From positions 56,330 through 120,329 of the forward strand of contig CAZTTB010000001.1 of the NCBI GenBank assembly GCA_964616005.1: a DNA stretch of 64,000 nt. Reading direction: 5' to 3'. This DNA comes from an uncultured bacterium. Lineage in GTDB: Bacteria; Deinococcota; Deinococci; Deinococcales; Trueperaceae. This document shows positions 1 through 9,752 of the stretch, in pieces. The notes under the pieces were generated by a model. The model had not been told where the DNA came from. It did not search any database and was given only the letters and a program-made list of their open reading frames with translations. The translations under genes were made by a program, and so were the position numbers. Numbering within the stretch: the stretch's first letter is position 1; each line of letters begins with the position of its first letter.

Positions 1-5
1 GGCCG

Positions 6-725
6 TCAGCGGGTGGAGGTCGCCCGGCGGCCCGTCGGCGCGGGGGCCGCACGCGCGGCGGGGGCGGCCAGCACGCGAACGTTCCAGTGCCAGCCTGAGG
101 CCGTGCGACGGAACAGCGGCCAGACCACCAGCAACGCCCGTCCCTCGATCGAGGCGGACGGGACCGGGCCGAAACTGCGCGAGTCGAAGGACGCCGTCGG
201 GCGGCGGTTGTCTCCCATGACGTAGACGTGACCGGACGGTACGCGCGTCACCCGCACGCTGCCCAGGCCATGGAAGGCTCCCACCAGGTAGGGCTCGGGG
301 CGCGTCCGGCCGTCGACATAGAGCACGCCCGCGCGCATGCCGACGCGCTCACCGGGCCCCGCGACGATCCGCTTGATCAGCAGGTGCCGGCTCAGAAGCC
401 CCCACAGGCCCGTGGTCGCACGGGTTGGATCGGGGAAGAAGACGATGTCGCCGGAGGCGAACGGCTGCCCCCCGAGGCGCTGCAGCCAGGCGCCGGTTCG
501 TACCACCAGAACGCGCTCGTTGTTGTGGAGGGTGGGCTCCATGGAATGTCCGTGCACTACCACCACGCCCGCCACGAAGACGCTGAACAACAGTCCCAGC
601 AGGACCGCGGCCAGCCACAGCGTGAGCCAGCGCGAGGCCGCCGGGCGTGTCACGGCCTGCGGCGAACCAGAGGCCAGGGCTTCAGGAAGGGTGCCGGCTC
701 GCGGGTCGTTCTTCGCTCGACTCAC
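6..725 (-). CDS. lepB: Signal peptidase I (S26 family)
   Basis: 239-aa ORF with an N-terminal TM helix, the catalytic-Ser box GHSMEPTL and the C-terminal GDNRxxSxDSR box. GTG start. Confidence 0.85.
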   Translation of the reverse strand: MSRAKNDPRAGTLPEALASGSPQAVTRPAASRWLTLWLAAVLLGLLFSVFVAGVVVVHGHSMEPTLHNNERVLVVRTGAWLQRLGGQPFASGDIVFFPDPTRATTGLWGLLSRHLLIKRIVAGPGERVGMRAGVLYVDGRTRPEPYLVGAFHGLGSVRVTRVPSGHVYVMGDNRRPTASFDSRSFGPVPSASIEGRALLVVWPLFRRTASGWHWNVRVLAAPAARAAPAPTGRRATSTR

Positions 726-780
726 GGCGAGCAGTCTAACGCCGTGCTGGAGCCGGGTCTGCAGCCTGGGAGCCCTTCGG

Positions 781-1701
781 TCAGCGGCCTTCGCGCAGGC
801 CGGCGCGGCGCGGCGCGCTCACCGTGCGTGCCGGTGTGCCGGAACGGGTCGGCGTGAGCAGCGCATCCAGCCCTCCCGCCGCGTCGAGGGCACGCTCGGC
901 CGTCTCCTCGCCGTAGCGCACGATGGTGCGGAACTCGCGGAAGGACTCCACCCGCACCTCGGGCATGTCGAGCCGGATGCGCAGGTCGGCGGGGTGCAGG
1001 CTGTACTGGATGTCGACCAGGATGGACTGCGTGATGTCGCTGGTGCGGAACAGCATCTGCGCCATGGGCGTTCGGCGCTCGAGCCGCACGGTCTGCACCA
1101 TGCGTTCCCACCAGGTGCCGTCGGAGGAGGCCGAGGCGTAGACGGAGCGCCGTGGCGAGGTGGCGTCCGAGGCGATGCAGTGCGTGGCGCCGAGCACGAT
1201 GGCGGCCGCTACCGGCAAGTTGTTGACGATGCCGCCGTCGGCCAGCGTACGGCCCTCGAGCTGGATCGGCTCGAACGCGCCGGGGAAGCTGCTCGAGGCG
1301 CGCACGGCACGGACCAGGTTGCCTTCGGTGTGGACCACGCCCTCGCCCGTCTCGATGTCGGTGGTCGTGACGGCGAGCGGAACCTCGAGGTCCGCGAAGG
1401 TGGCGGGCAGGTGGTCGGAGAGGAACGCCTCGAGCCGATCGCCCTTGAACAGGCCGGTCTGCAACGAGAGATCGACGACCTCGCGCCAGCTGGTGGTGTC
1501 GGCGAGCTCGAACAGATCGTCGGCACGCCGGCCGCTGGCGTAGAACGCGCCCAGGATGGCGCCCATCGAAGTCCCGGCGATGACGTCGAAGCGTGCGCCG
1601 GCGCGTTCGAGCACCCGGAGCACACCGATGTGCGCGAACCCGCGTGCTCCCCCACCCGAGAGCACCAGCCCCATCCGCCCGTGGTCCTTCGGCGTTTCCA
1701 T
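781..1701 (-). CDS. Patatin-like phospholipase
   Basis: Oxyanion box SGGGARG and nucleophile elbow GTSMG (GxSxG) near the N-terminus. 306 aa, ATG start. Confidence 0.85.
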   Translation of the reverse strand: METPKDHGRMGLVLSGGGARGFAHIGVLRVLERAGARFDVIAGTSMGAILGAFYASGRRADDLFELADTTSWREVVDLSLQTGLFKGDRLEAFLSDHLPATFADLEVPLAVTTTDIETGEGVVHTEGNLVRAVRASSSFPGAFEPIQLEGRTLADGGIVNNLPVAAAIVLGATHCIASDATSPRRSVYASASSDGTWWERMVQTVRLERRTPMAQMLFRTSDITQSILVDIQYSLHPADLRIRLDMPEVRVESFREFRTIVRYGEETAERALDAAGGLDALLTPTRSGTPARTVSAPRRAGLREGR

Positions 1702-1708
1702 GCTGGTG

Positions 1709-1714
1709 AGACTA
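1709..1714 (-). promoter_or_regulatory. -10 box TAGTCT (preceded by TGa), 7 nt upstream of the patatin ATG; candidate leaderless promoter
   Basis: Minus strand reads TGATAGTCT-caccagc-ATG. No Shine-Dalgarno (SD) sequence lies between the box and the start. Confidence 0.45.
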
Positions 1715-1871
1715 TCACGCGCCCATAGGAGCGTCTGTGCCGCCGTAGACGGTGTTCGTCGGTCTGGCCGGCGGTGGCGGTGGACTCCGGCATGAGCTCC
1801 ACCACGCGGACGGGACAGGTCCGCGCGACCCCGGACCGACCCCGCAACGGAGACGCGACCTCCTGTACCGC

Positions 1872-1910
1872 GAACGAGGGAGGGCGGCTCGAAGCCGCCC
1901 TCCCTCGTTC
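1872..1910 (-). terminator. Perfect 17-bp stem / 5-nt loop hairpin downstream of htrA
   Basis: GAACGAGGGAGGGCGGC-tcgaa-GCCGCCCTCCCTCGTTC, 30 nt past the htrA stop. No U-tract on either strand. Confidence 0.6.
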
Positions 1911-1939
1911 ATCGGACGTTCGTTCGGTGCCTCAGGCGG

Positions 1940-3265
1940 TCACTGGCCGCCGCCGTTGGAGCCGCCGTTGGAGCCGCCGGCGCCGTTCGAGTTGGGGGTC
2001 TGCTGAACCACCTCGAGCGTCACCGTGACGGTGCGCGTCTTGCCGTTGCGTTCGACTTGCAGCGAGAGCTTGTCGCCCGCCTTCTTGCTGAGCACGATGC
2101 GCTGCAGATCGGTGACGGTCTTGATGCTGGTGCCGTCGGCCGAGAGGATGATGTCGCCACCGGCGGGGTAGTTCTGGCCGTTGACGTTGGCCTGGTAGGC
2201 CGGGCCCTCCAGTCCGGCCTTGGCGGCGGGACCGCCGGTCGCCACCTGCATCACCACCGCGCCGTGGTCGGGCATGTTGAGCGTCTTGCGTACGTCGGTC
2301 GGGAAGTTGTCGACGCCGATGACCGACACACCGATGCGCGGCTTGTTCTGGATATCGAGAGCCTGGGCGTAGATGCCGATGAGCCCGCCCTTCTTGAGGT
2401 CGGGAAGCGCCTTCTGGATGAGGCTCGAAGGCACCGAGAAGCCGATGCCGATGTTGCCGGCCTGGCCGTTGGCGCTCATCCCGGGGATGATCATCGTGTT
2501 GATCCCCATGACCTGGCCGGCAGAGTCGAGCAGCGGCCCGCCGGAGTTGCCGGGATTGATGGCGGCGTCGGTCTGGATCATCGGGATCTTGACCTGGCCG
2601 ATCGAAGGCAGCTCGCGGCCCATGGCGGAGATGATGCCTTCGGTCACCGTCGACTGCAGGCCGAAGGGGTTGCCGATGGCGATCGCCTTCTGGCCGACCT
2701 TGACGTTGGCGACGTTGGCCAGCGGGATGGGCTTCGCGCCCGTCGGCAGATCACCGGGGTTGTCGAGCTGCAGCAGCGCCAGGTCGTAGTCGGGGTCGGC
2801 GCCCACCACATGCACCGGAAGCTCCTTCTGGCTACCCGGGAACGTGACCGTCACCTTGGCGCCGCTCAGGAGGTTGACCGATCCTTGCTGCAGAGCGTCC
2901 TTCACCACGTGGTAGTTGGTGATGATCTGGCCCCGGGCGTCGATCACGAAGCCCGAGCCGGCCGCCTGGAAGACCTGCGGCTGCTGCGGGAAGAGCTGCT
3001 GGAACTGCGGTGGAACGTTCTGCTGCTGGAAGGGGTTGACCCGTTGCCCTCTGACGGTGACGTTGATCGCCACCACGCTGGGGCCATAGGTGTCGACGAT
3101 GTTGACCGTGTTCTGCTCGTTCTGAAGGAGCGCCGATGGCTGACTCCCGGTCGTCGTGGAGCTCGATTGAGCACTCACCACCGGGAACAGGTTGGCGCCG
3201 GCCAGCACCAGACCCACAGCGACGATCAGCGTGCCCATGCCGAAGGCGATACGCTTGCGAAACAA
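1940..3265 (-). CDS. htrA: HtrA/DegP-family serine protease with C-terminal PDZ domain
   Basis: Trypsin-like core with the GNSGGPL active-site box, an N-terminal TM anchor and a PDZ-like C-terminus. I placed the start at TTG 3265, 6 nt after GGAGG. The ORF-track start at 3409 adds an implausible Arg/Pro-rich leader. Confidence 0.85.
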   Translation of the reverse strand: MFRKRIAFGMGTLIVAVGLVLAGANLFPVVSAQSSSTTTGSQPSALLQNEQNTVNIVDTYGPSVVAINVTVRGQRVNPFQQQNVPPQFQQLFPQQPQVFQAAGSGFVIDARGQIITNYHVVKDALQQGSVNLLSGAKVTVTFPGSQKELPVHVVGADPDYDLALLQLDNPGDLPTGAKPIPLANVANVKVGQKAIAIGNPFGLQSTVTEGIISAMGRELPSIGQVKIPMIQTDAAINPGNSGGPLLDSAGQVMGINTMIIPGMSANGQAGNIGIGFSVPSSLIQKALPDLKKGGLIGIYAQALDIQNKPRIGVSVIGVDNFPTDVRKTLNMPDHGAVVMQVATGGPAAKAGLEGPAYQANVNGQNYPAGGDIILSADGTSIKTVTDLQRIVLSKKAGDKLSLQVERNGKTRTVTVTLEVVQQTPNSNGAGGSNGGSNGGGQ

Positions 3266-3436
3266 AGTAGTCCTCCTTCCGAATAGCCGTCCCCCGGCTT
3301 CCGGTCGCGGTGTCTGTCGGACGCGGGATGCGCCTTGGGGAGCGGGCCCGCACAACCCGCCCAACCATCGCCACTGTACGGGCGCAGGGTTAACGTGAGC
3401 GGAGACCACAATGAACTTCCTGAGGGGTGGCTCGGT

Positions 3437-4348
3437 TCAGGTCTCGCGCCCGGTGCCGGCCCGCTCCAGCCAGGCGACGAGCACTGCGCCGGCCACCAAC
3501 AACAGCACGAGCGACAGGGCGCCGGCGCTGAGCCAGGGCCAGGTGACGTGACCGTTCGCGGTCACGAAGGGCCAGACCTTGCGCAGGCTGCCGAGCATGA
3601 AGCCCGCGAGGATGGCCAGGGTGACGTCGTGGGCGCGGCGTAGCAGCCAGGCCAGCAGACGCGCGAAGGTGAGCAGCCCCACCACCGCGCCGATCGCCAG
3701 CGGTGCCAGCACCGCCAGGTCCACGTGCGTCACCGCCGCCAGGGCCGCATCGTACTTGCCGAGTAGCACCAGCACGAAGGCGCCGGAGATCCCCGGCAGC
3801 ATCAGCGCGCACACTGCCAGCGCTCCGCTGAACAGCAGGAAGGCGGGGGCCCCGGGCGTGACGGCCGGCGTCAGCCCGACCAGCCAGAACGCTCCGACGG
3901 CCGCCAACGCGGCACCCACGATGCCGCCGACGGTCCAGTGGCCGACGCGGCGCGCCACCAGTCCGGTCGACGCCAGGATCAGCCCGAAGAACAGGGCATG
4001 TACACCGCTCGGGTGGTGGGTCAGCAGCCAGTGCATCACCCTGGAGAGCGCCGCCACCGCCGTGGCGATCCCCAGCAGCACCGCCAGCAGGAAGCTACCG
4101 TTGGCCAGCCGGAAGGCCCGCCGCACGTGCAGCCGGGCGAGTGCGGTCAGGAACGCCGTCGACGTCAGCGATCCCAGGCTGCTGATCAGCTCCTGGTAGA
4201 TGCCCAGGATCAGGGCCATCGTTCCCCCCGACACGCCGGGGATCAGGTCGGAAGTGCCCATCGCGATGCCGCGCAGGTAGAGCCCCAGAGAACGGGCGGC
4301 AGGGGAGCGACCGGGCTTCGCCGGGGCGGGCGACGAGGGGCTGGACAC
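3437..4348 (-). CDS. DUF368-family polytopic membrane protein (family linked to undecaprenyl-phosphate translocation)
   Basis: IPGVSGGTMALILGIY motif and multiple TM helices. 303 aa, GTG start. Confidence 0.8.
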   Translation of the reverse strand: MSSPSSPAPAKPGRSPAARSLGLYLRGIAMGTSDLIPGVSGGTMALILGIYQELISSLGSLTSTAFLTALARLHVRRAFRLANGSFLLAVLLGIATAVAALSRVMHWLLTHHPSGVHALFFGLILASTGLVARRVGHWTVGGIVGAALAAVGAFWLVGLTPAVTPGAPAFLLFSGALAVCALMLPGISGAFVLVLLGKYDAALAAVTHVDLAVLAPLAIGAVVGLLTFARLLAWLLRRAHDVTLAILAGFMLGSLRKVWPFVTANGHVTWPWLSAGALSLVLLLVAGAVLVAWLERAGTGRET

Positions 4349-4354
4349 CCGGGT

Positions 4355-4360
4355 AAGCTA
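4355..4360 (-). promoter_or_regulatory. -10 box TAGCTT, 6 nt upstream of the DUF368 GTG; candidate leaderless promoter
   Basis: Minus strand reads TAGCTT-acccgg-GTG. Confidence 0.4.
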
Positions 4361-4460
4361 CCACGGGCATCTGCGCCCGAATGGAACGGGACGGGGGTCC
4401 GGTGCGGGCCAGCGAACGCCCGGCGAATGCGGTAGGCTGAGCTCAGGAAGGGGCCGTGCG

Positions 4461-4748
4461 GTGAGCGAAGGCGAGGTCCAGGAGCGCATGAGCGAGTTGC
4501 TGTCGGGGACGGGCGTGAGCCTGCCGCAACTCGACGACCTGGCCGGCCAGCTGTTGTGGCGCATCGGGCGCGTGAACGACGACGGTCCAGTCACGGTACG
4601 CGTGGGCCTGGCGTCGAGCGCCGGCCTGTTCCACGAGTTGCCTCGACTCCGGACGGCCAGCGACAGCGAGATCGAGGCCGCGGTGCAGGAGAGCACGTTG
4701 CGCGTGGAGTGGGTGGGCGCGCGGCCGCGCGGCCAGGCTGAAAGGTGA
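4461..4748 (+). CDS. Small hypothetical protein (I recall it as DUF3248-like; unverified)
   Basis: 95-aa ORF with GC-rich third codon positions (judged by eye) and GGAAGGGG 7 nt upstream of the GTG. Family assignment is from memory only. Confidence 0.5.
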   Translation: MSEGEVQERMSELLSGTGVSLPQLDDLAGQLLWRIGRVNDDGPVTVRVGLASSAGLFHELPRLRTASDSEIEAAVQESTLRVEWVGARPRGQAER

Positions 4749-4752
4749 ACGT

Positions 4753-5262
4753 GTGGACCTGACGCACGAGGTGAGCTTCGTCTTGGACCTGGACCTCCCC
4801 CGCGAGGCCGCCCGCGACTTCGTGCGCGATGTGCCCCGTTCGTTGTCCCAGGCGACGTTCCTGGCCGATCTCCAGGTGGTGGAGGGCAAGCCCAAGGTGG
4901 TGACCGCCGCGCTGCCGGTCAACGCCGCCTTGTTCGGCCAGCGCGAGCTACCGTTCCGATCCGAACTCACGTATACGGCCGACGGCGCGTCTCTGAGCGG
5001 TCTGCCGCTCGCGCCAGAGGGTCCGGGCTGGGCTGAGGTGTCGGGCGATGCCCACGTGTTGGAGGCGGAGCGGGGCTGCCGCGTAGAGTACAGCTTCCGC
5101 ATCACCATCCACCTGGCGCTGCCGGCACCCGAGAAGTGGGGCGGCCGGGCGTTGTTGAGCATGATCGAGTTCACGACCCAGAGCGTGCTCAGGGGTGTGA
5201 TGGGCAGCTTCCCGGCCGCCGTGCGGGCCGCCGCACGCGAGGTCGAGGCCGCTTGGGCCTGA
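4753..5262 (+). CDS. Hypothetical protein (I recall it as DUF3809-like; unverified)
   Basis: 169-aa ORF starting 5 nt after the previous stop. GTG start. No catalytic motif recognised. Confidence 0.5.
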   Translation: MDLTHEVSFVLDLDLPREAARDFVRDVPRSLSQATFLADLQVVEGKPKVVTAALPVNAALFGQRELPFRSELTYTADGASLSGLPLAPEGPGWAEVSGDAHVLEAERGCRVEYSFRITIHLALPAPEKWGGRALLSMIEFTTQSVLRGVMGSFPAAVRAAAREVEAAWA

Positions 5263-5280
5263 GGGGAGCCGGCTCCCCTC
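5261..5280. terminator. Bidirectional GC hairpin between convergent genes
   Basis: Perfect inverted repeat GAGGGGAGCC/GGCTCCCCTC that overlaps both stop codons (TGA 5260-5262 and tca 5279-5281). Confidence 0.55.
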
Positions 5281-6640
5281 ACTTCCCGACGCAGAAGGTC
5301 TCGAAGATCGCCGCGAGCGTCTCCTCGGCGACGTCGACACGACCGGTGATCCGGCCGAGCGCATCGAGCGCATCCTGCAACTCGAGCGAAGCGATGTCGG
5401 CCGTGCTGCCACGGGCGCCTGTCAGGTTGACGCGCACCGCCTCGAGGGCCTGCACGTGCCGCTCGTTGGAGATCCACAGCTCGGCACCCGCGGCGTCCCC
5501 CAGCAAGCGCTCGCGTAGGCGCAGTTTGAGGGACTCGAGCCCCGCACCCGAGCGTGCCGAGACGGCCAATGCCGGCGTCGGCAGGGCGTCGTCACCCCAG
5601 GCGGGGGGCAGGTCGGCCTTGCTGGCGAGGACCAGCGTCCGCTCCGCCGGCAGCTCGCTCAACAGGGTCAGGTCATCGGGTCGCAGGGGCGCGGAGCGGT
5701 CGAACAGGAGCAGGCACAGATCGGACGCGTCGGCGATGCTCTTGGCGATCCTCACCCCCGACGCCTCGACGGCGTCCTCGGTGGAGCGGATGCCGGCCGT
5801 GTCGATGGCGGTCAGCGGGATGCCGCCCAGCGACAGTGGTGCCTCGAGGTAGTCGCGGGTGGTCCCCGGCGCTTCACTGACGATGGACCGTTCGAAGCCC
5901 AGCAGCGCGTTGAGCAGACTCGACTTCCCGGCGTTGGGCCGTCCCAGCAGCGCCAGGCGAGCGCCGTGGCGGCTGATCCGGCCGGCCTCGGCGGTGGCCA
6001 GGAGGGCCTCGACCTGCTCCAGTGCGCGGCTCAGGGGCGCGTCCAGTTCCGCCTCGGGGACGCCCTCCTCGGGGTAGTCGAGACTCGCCTGCAGGGCCGC
6101 GTAGGCCCGGGTGATGTCGGTCTGGATGCGGTCGAGGCGAGTCCCGAGCGCGCGCGACAGACCCAGCGCGGCGTTGCGACGGGCGCTCTCGGTCTGGGCC
6201 TCGACCAGCTCCATCACGCTCTCGGCCTGGGCGAGGTCGAGGCGGCCGGCCAGGAAGGCGCGCAACGTGAACTCTCCGGGCCCCGCCAGACGGGCGCCGG
6301 CCGCCACACACAGATCGAGCACCGCACGGAGCACCGCCGGACCCCCGTGCGTCTGGAATTCGACCACGTCCTGGGCGGTGTAGGAGTGCGGGGCGCGGAA
6401 GCTCAGCAGCAGGGCCTCGTCCACCAGTTCCTCTTGAGCGGGGTGCCGTGCGTCCACGATCCGCCCACGGACCACCCGCCCCGCCGGGCGCCGGCTCGGG
6501 GGTGGGCCGCGCATGGGCCGGAAGAGCCGATCAGCCACCGCGTGGGCCGCCGGCCCCGAGATCCGCACGATGCCGATGGCCGCCGCACCCGGCGCGGTGG
6601 CGATGGCGGCGATGGTGTCGCCGGTGGGCGGCAGCGGCAT
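5279..6640 (-). CDS. mnmE: tRNA modification GTPase MnmE
   Basis: G-domain P-loop GRPNAGKSSL and the diagnostic C-terminal CxGK tail (FCVGK). 453 aa. Confidence 0.9.
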   Translation of the reverse strand: MPLPPTGDTIAAIATAPGAAAIGIVRISGPAAHAVADRLFRPMRGPPPSRRPAGRVVRGRIVDARHPAQEELVDEALLLSFRAPHSYTAQDVVEFQTHGGPAVLRAVLDLCVAAGARLAGPGEFTLRAFLAGRLDLAQAESVMELVEAQTESARRNAALGLSRALGTRLDRIQTDITRAYAALQASLDYPEEGVPEAELDAPLSRALEQVEALLATAEAGRISRHGARLALLGRPNAGKSSLLNALLGFERSIVSEAPGTTRDYLEAPLSLGGIPLTAIDTAGIRSTEDAVEASGVRIAKSIADASDLCLLLFDRSAPLRPDDLTLLSELPAERTLVLASKADLPPAWGDDALPTPALAVSARSGAGLESLKLRLRERLLGDAAGAELWISNERHVQALEAVRVNLTGARGSTADIASLELQDALDALGRITGRVDVAEETLAAIFETFCVGK

Positions 6641-6641
6641 C

Positions 6642-7940
6642 TCAGGCGCCCGTCGAGAGGTCCCCGAACGCCGCGGCGGCGGCCTCCACGACCGCCGCGA
6701 CGTCGTCCGGACCGTGCGCGTAGGAAAGGAACGCCGACTCGAAGGGGCTGGCGGGCCAGTACACGCCGCGGCGCAGCAGGCCGTGGAACCAGCGCGCGAA
6801 GCGCTCTCGATCGCACGCGGTGGCGGTGGCGTAGTCGGTCACCTCCGAGCCCGTGAAGAATACGGTGATCATCGATCCGACCCGCTGGATGCGCACGTCC
6901 ACGCCGGCCGCGAGCGCCCCCTGCGCGAGCCCCTCCTGCAGCTGCCGGCCGCGCGCCTCCAGCACCTCGTAGACGTCACCGGCCTCGTCGATGGCGCTCA
7001 GCGTGGCGAGCCCGGCGGCCATGGCCAGCGGGTTGCCGGAGAGGGTGCCGGCCTGGTAGACGGGGCCGAGCGGCGAGACGCGCTCCATGAAGCGCGCCTT
7101 GCCACCGTAGGCGCCCACCGGCAGCCCGCCGCCGATGATCTTGCCCCAGGCGATCAGGTCGGGGTCGAGTCCGTAACGCTCGACGGCGCCCCCGCGTGCG
7201 ACGCGGAAGCCCGTCATCACCTCGTCGACGATCATGGCCGCGCCGTGGGCGCGCGTGATCTCTCGAATGCCTTCCAGGAAGCCAGGTGCGGGTGGAACGA
7301 CCCCCATGTTTCCCGCCACGGCCTCCACGATCACCGCGGCGATCGAATCGGAATGGGCGTCGAACAGGGTGCGCACACTGTCCAGGTCGTTGAAGCCGGC
7401 GACCAATGTGTCGGCCGCGGTGCCCGCGGGCACGCCGGCGCTGGAGGGCACGCCGGTGGTGAGGGCACCGGAGCCGGCGGCCACCAGCAGGCTGTCGGCG
7501 TGGCCATGATAGTTGCCCGCGAACTTCACGAGCCGGTCGCGGCCGGTGACGCCTCGAGCCACGCGGATCGCACTCATCGTCGCCTCGGTTCCGGAGTTGA
7601 CGAAGCGCACCCGGTCGGCGACCGGCACGCGTCGCAGGACGGCCTCGGCCAGGATCACCTCGTCCTCGACAGGCGCCCCGAAGGAGGTGCCGAGCGCCAG
7701 CGAGCGCCGCAGAGCCGCGACCACGGCGGGATGCGCGTGCCCCATCAGCAGCGGACCCCACGACCCCACCATGTCGATGTAGCGATTGCCGTCGACGTCC
7801 TCGATACGGCAGCCGGTGCCCGCCCGGATGAAGCGTGGCGAGCCGCCCACCGAACCGAAGGCGCGGACCGGGGAGTTGACGCCGCCGGGGGTGACCCCGC
7901 GTGCGCGTTCGAAGAGGCCGTCCGATCGAGCCGTGTCCAT
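6642..7940 (-). CDS. hemL: Glutamate-1-semialdehyde 2,1-aminomutase
   Basis: N-terminal GGVNSPVRAF motif and class-III aminotransferase body. Start moved to ATG 7940 (MDTARSDGLFERA...). The ORF-track start adds 67 low-complexity residues. Confidence 0.9.
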   Translation of the reverse strand: MDTARSDGLFERARGVTPGGVNSPVRAFGSVGGSPRFIRAGTGCRIEDVDGNRYIDMVGSWGPLLMGHAHPAVVAALRRSLALGTSFGAPVEDEVILAEAVLRRVPVADRVRFVNSGTEATMSAIRVARGVTGRDRLVKFAGNYHGHADSLLVAAGSGALTTGVPSSAGVPAGTAADTLVAGFNDLDSVRTLFDAHSDSIAAVIVEAVAGNMGVVPPAPGFLEGIREITRAHGAAMIVDEVMTGFRVARGGAVERYGLDPDLIAWGKIIGGGLPVGAYGGKARFMERVSPLGPVYQAGTLSGNPLAMAAGLATLSAIDEAGDVYEVLEARGRQLQEGLAQGALAAGVDVRIQRVGSMITVFFTGSEVTDYATATACDRERFARWFHGLLRRGVYWPASPFESAFLSYAHGPDDVAAVVEAAAAAFGDLSTGA

Positions 7941-8073
7941 GCGCGTAGAATCGCACGCGGTCCCGAGGGAGGCAACGGGCCCGGGCGACGTGGCCGCCGC
8001 TCGCAAGGGGCTGCTACAATCCCGGGAGGCCCTGGGGGGCGGCGTTGCGCCGTGCTCAGGCCGGGAGGAGCGT

Positions 8074-8934
8074 ATGGAGGTCATCCACGTCCTGCAGTCC
8101 GTCGCCAGCCCCGCGCTCGACCGGCTGATGCTGCTGCTCACCGAGCTCGGCTCGGAGCAGGCCTACATCGTGCTGCTACTGATCGCCTACATCGGGGTGG
8201 ACGCCGGGTCCGGACGGCGCCTGGCGGTCTACTTCCTGGCGGGCTTCTACCTCAACGAGCAACTCAAGGCGCTGTTCCACACTCCCCGTCCCTTCACGAT
8301 CGAGCCCGGCATCGTCCGTTCGCCGGCCGCGCTGGCCACCGCGCAGGGCAACGGCTTCCCCTCCGGCCATGCACAGTCGAGCACGACGTTCTGGGGCCTG
8401 AGCGCGATCTACGGGAGGCGCGCCTGGCTCACCGTCGTCGCCGTAGGGCTGGTGACACTGGTATCGATCTCCCGTCTGTACCTCGGCGTTCACCTGCCCG
8501 TGGACATCGTCGGCGGCATCCTGGTGGGGCTGGCGGTGGTGAGCGCCGCGGCGGCGGTCGACCGGCTGCGCCTCCGGCCGCGCCGAAGCAGCGTGCTGCT
8601 CGTTGGGCTGGGCCTCCCGCTCGCCGTCCACCTGCTGCTCCCGACGCCGGACTCGGGGGTGATGATGGGCGCCCTGGCCGCCTTCGTGATCGGTCCTGAG
8701 CTGTTCCCGCACTGCACCCGCGGACCCTGGCCGGGGCGCCTGGTTCTGACCGCCCTGGGTGTCGTACTGGTGTTCGCTGTGCAGCTAGGCAGCGGTGTGC
8801 TGCTCGATGAACCGGCGCGTCACGCGCCCCTGGTGGCGTACGTCCGCTACCTTGCGGTCGGGCTCACGGGCACGGTGCTGGTGCCCGCGCTGGGGCGCGG
8901 CCTGCGGCTGACCCCCGCGGCCGCCGGCGGCTGA
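8074..8934 (+). CDS. PAP2-family phosphatase with extra C-terminal TM region
   Basis: All three PAP2 motifs are present: KALFHTPRP (Kx6RP), PSGH and SRLYLGVHLPVD (SRx5Hx3D). ATG 8074 follows GGGAGGAG. Confidence 0.75.
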   Translation: MEVIHVLQSVASPALDRLMLLLTELGSEQAYIVLLLIAYIGVDAGSGRRLAVYFLAGFYLNEQLKALFHTPRPFTIEPGIVRSPAALATAQGNGFPSGHAQSSTTFWGLSAIYGRRAWLTVVAVGLVTLVSISRLYLGVHLPVDIVGGILVGLAVVSAAAAVDRLRLRPRRSSVLLVGLGLPLAVHLLLPTPDSGVMMGALAAFVIGPELFPHCTRGPWPGRLVLTALGVVLVFAVQLGSGVLLDEPARHAPLVAYVRYLAVGLTGTVLVPALGRGLRLTPAAAGG

Positions 8935-8938
8935 GCCC

Positions 8939-9730
8939 GTGCGCCGCGTCCGGCTCACACTCGAGTTCGATGGAACGGACTTCTACGGCTGGCAGCGCCA
9001 GCTCGCCGGCGAGCGGACGGTCCAGGGCGTCGTCGAGGAGGCGCTAGCCCGGCTGCCGGGCGAGCACGGCAGCGTGATCGCGGCCGGCCGGACCGATGCG
9101 GGCGTGCACGCGCTGGCCATGGTCGCGCACGTCGATACCGGATCGTCGATCCCCGACGAGAAGTTGCGGCTCGCCGTGAACGCGCACCTTCCCAAGGACG
9201 TGGCGGTGCTGCGCCTGGAGACGGCGGCGGACGACTTCCATGCCCAGTACGATTGCCGATACCGCCGTTACCTCTACCGCCTGCGCGTGCTGCGCGACGA
9301 TCGACGCGGCCTGGCGCTGCAGCGCCGGCGCGTGCTGGCGGTCTTCCGCCACCTCGACGTGGCCGCCATGCAGGCGGCGTGCGAGAGGATGCTGGGCACG
9401 CATGATTTCAGCACCTTCGCGACCCGCGAGACCCGCACCCGGGAGCGCACCCTCTACCTGTGCGAGCTGCGTGAGGAAGCCGGCGAGCTACGCCTGCACG
9501 TCGCCGGCGACGGCTTCCTGCGCGGCATGGTGCGGACCATCGTCGGAACGCTGCTGTGGGTGGGGAAGGGGAAGCTCCGCCCCGACGACATCCCGGCTTT
9601 GCTGGCCGCCAGGGACCGCACCCTCGCCGGGCACAACGTGGCCCCGCACGGCCTGTACTTCGTCGAGGCCGGCTACCGCACGTGGCGCCCGGAGGCGTCC
9701 GAGTCCGCTCTGGAAGGGCTCGTACTGTAG
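8939..9730 (+). CDS. truA: tRNA pseudouridine(38-40) synthase
   Basis: GRTDAGVHA catalytic-Asp box. 263 aa. Confidence 0.9.
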   Translation: MRRVRLTLEFDGTDFYGWQRQLAGERTVQGVVEEALARLPGEHGSVIAAGRTDAGVHALAMVAHVDTGSSIPDEKLRLAVNAHLPKDVAVLRLETAADDFHAQYDCRYRRYLYRLRVLRDDRRGLALQRRRVLAVFRHLDVAAMQAACERMLGTHDFSTFATRETRTRERTLYLCELREEAGELRLHVAGDGFLRGMVRTIVGTLLWVGKGKLRPDDIPALLAARDRTLAGHNVAPHGLYFVEAGYRTWRPEASESALEGLVL

Positions 9731-9740
9731 CGTCCGGCCG

Positions 9741-9746
9741 TACAAT
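9741..9746 (+). promoter_or_regulatory. -10 box TACAAT, 6 nt upstream of the moaC ATG; candidate leaderless promoter
   Basis: TACAAT-gggccc-ATG, in the 22-nt gap after truA. No SD. Confidence 0.5.
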
Positions 9747-9752
9747 GGGCCC

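Noticed and set aside
6513-8699. 728-aa plus-strand ORF opposite hemL and running through the PAP2 region.
   Set aside because: Its composition is Arg/Gly/Ala/Pro-rich with no motifs. It is antisense to a well-supported hemL gene. Long stop-free antisense frames are expected at about 70% GC.
9240-9752. N-terminal 171 residues of the 327-aa ORF that ends as MoaC.
   Set aside because: This part overlaps truA out of frame and is Ala/Arg/Cys/Trp-rich junk. A -10 box and an ATG at 9753 give a normal-length MoaC.
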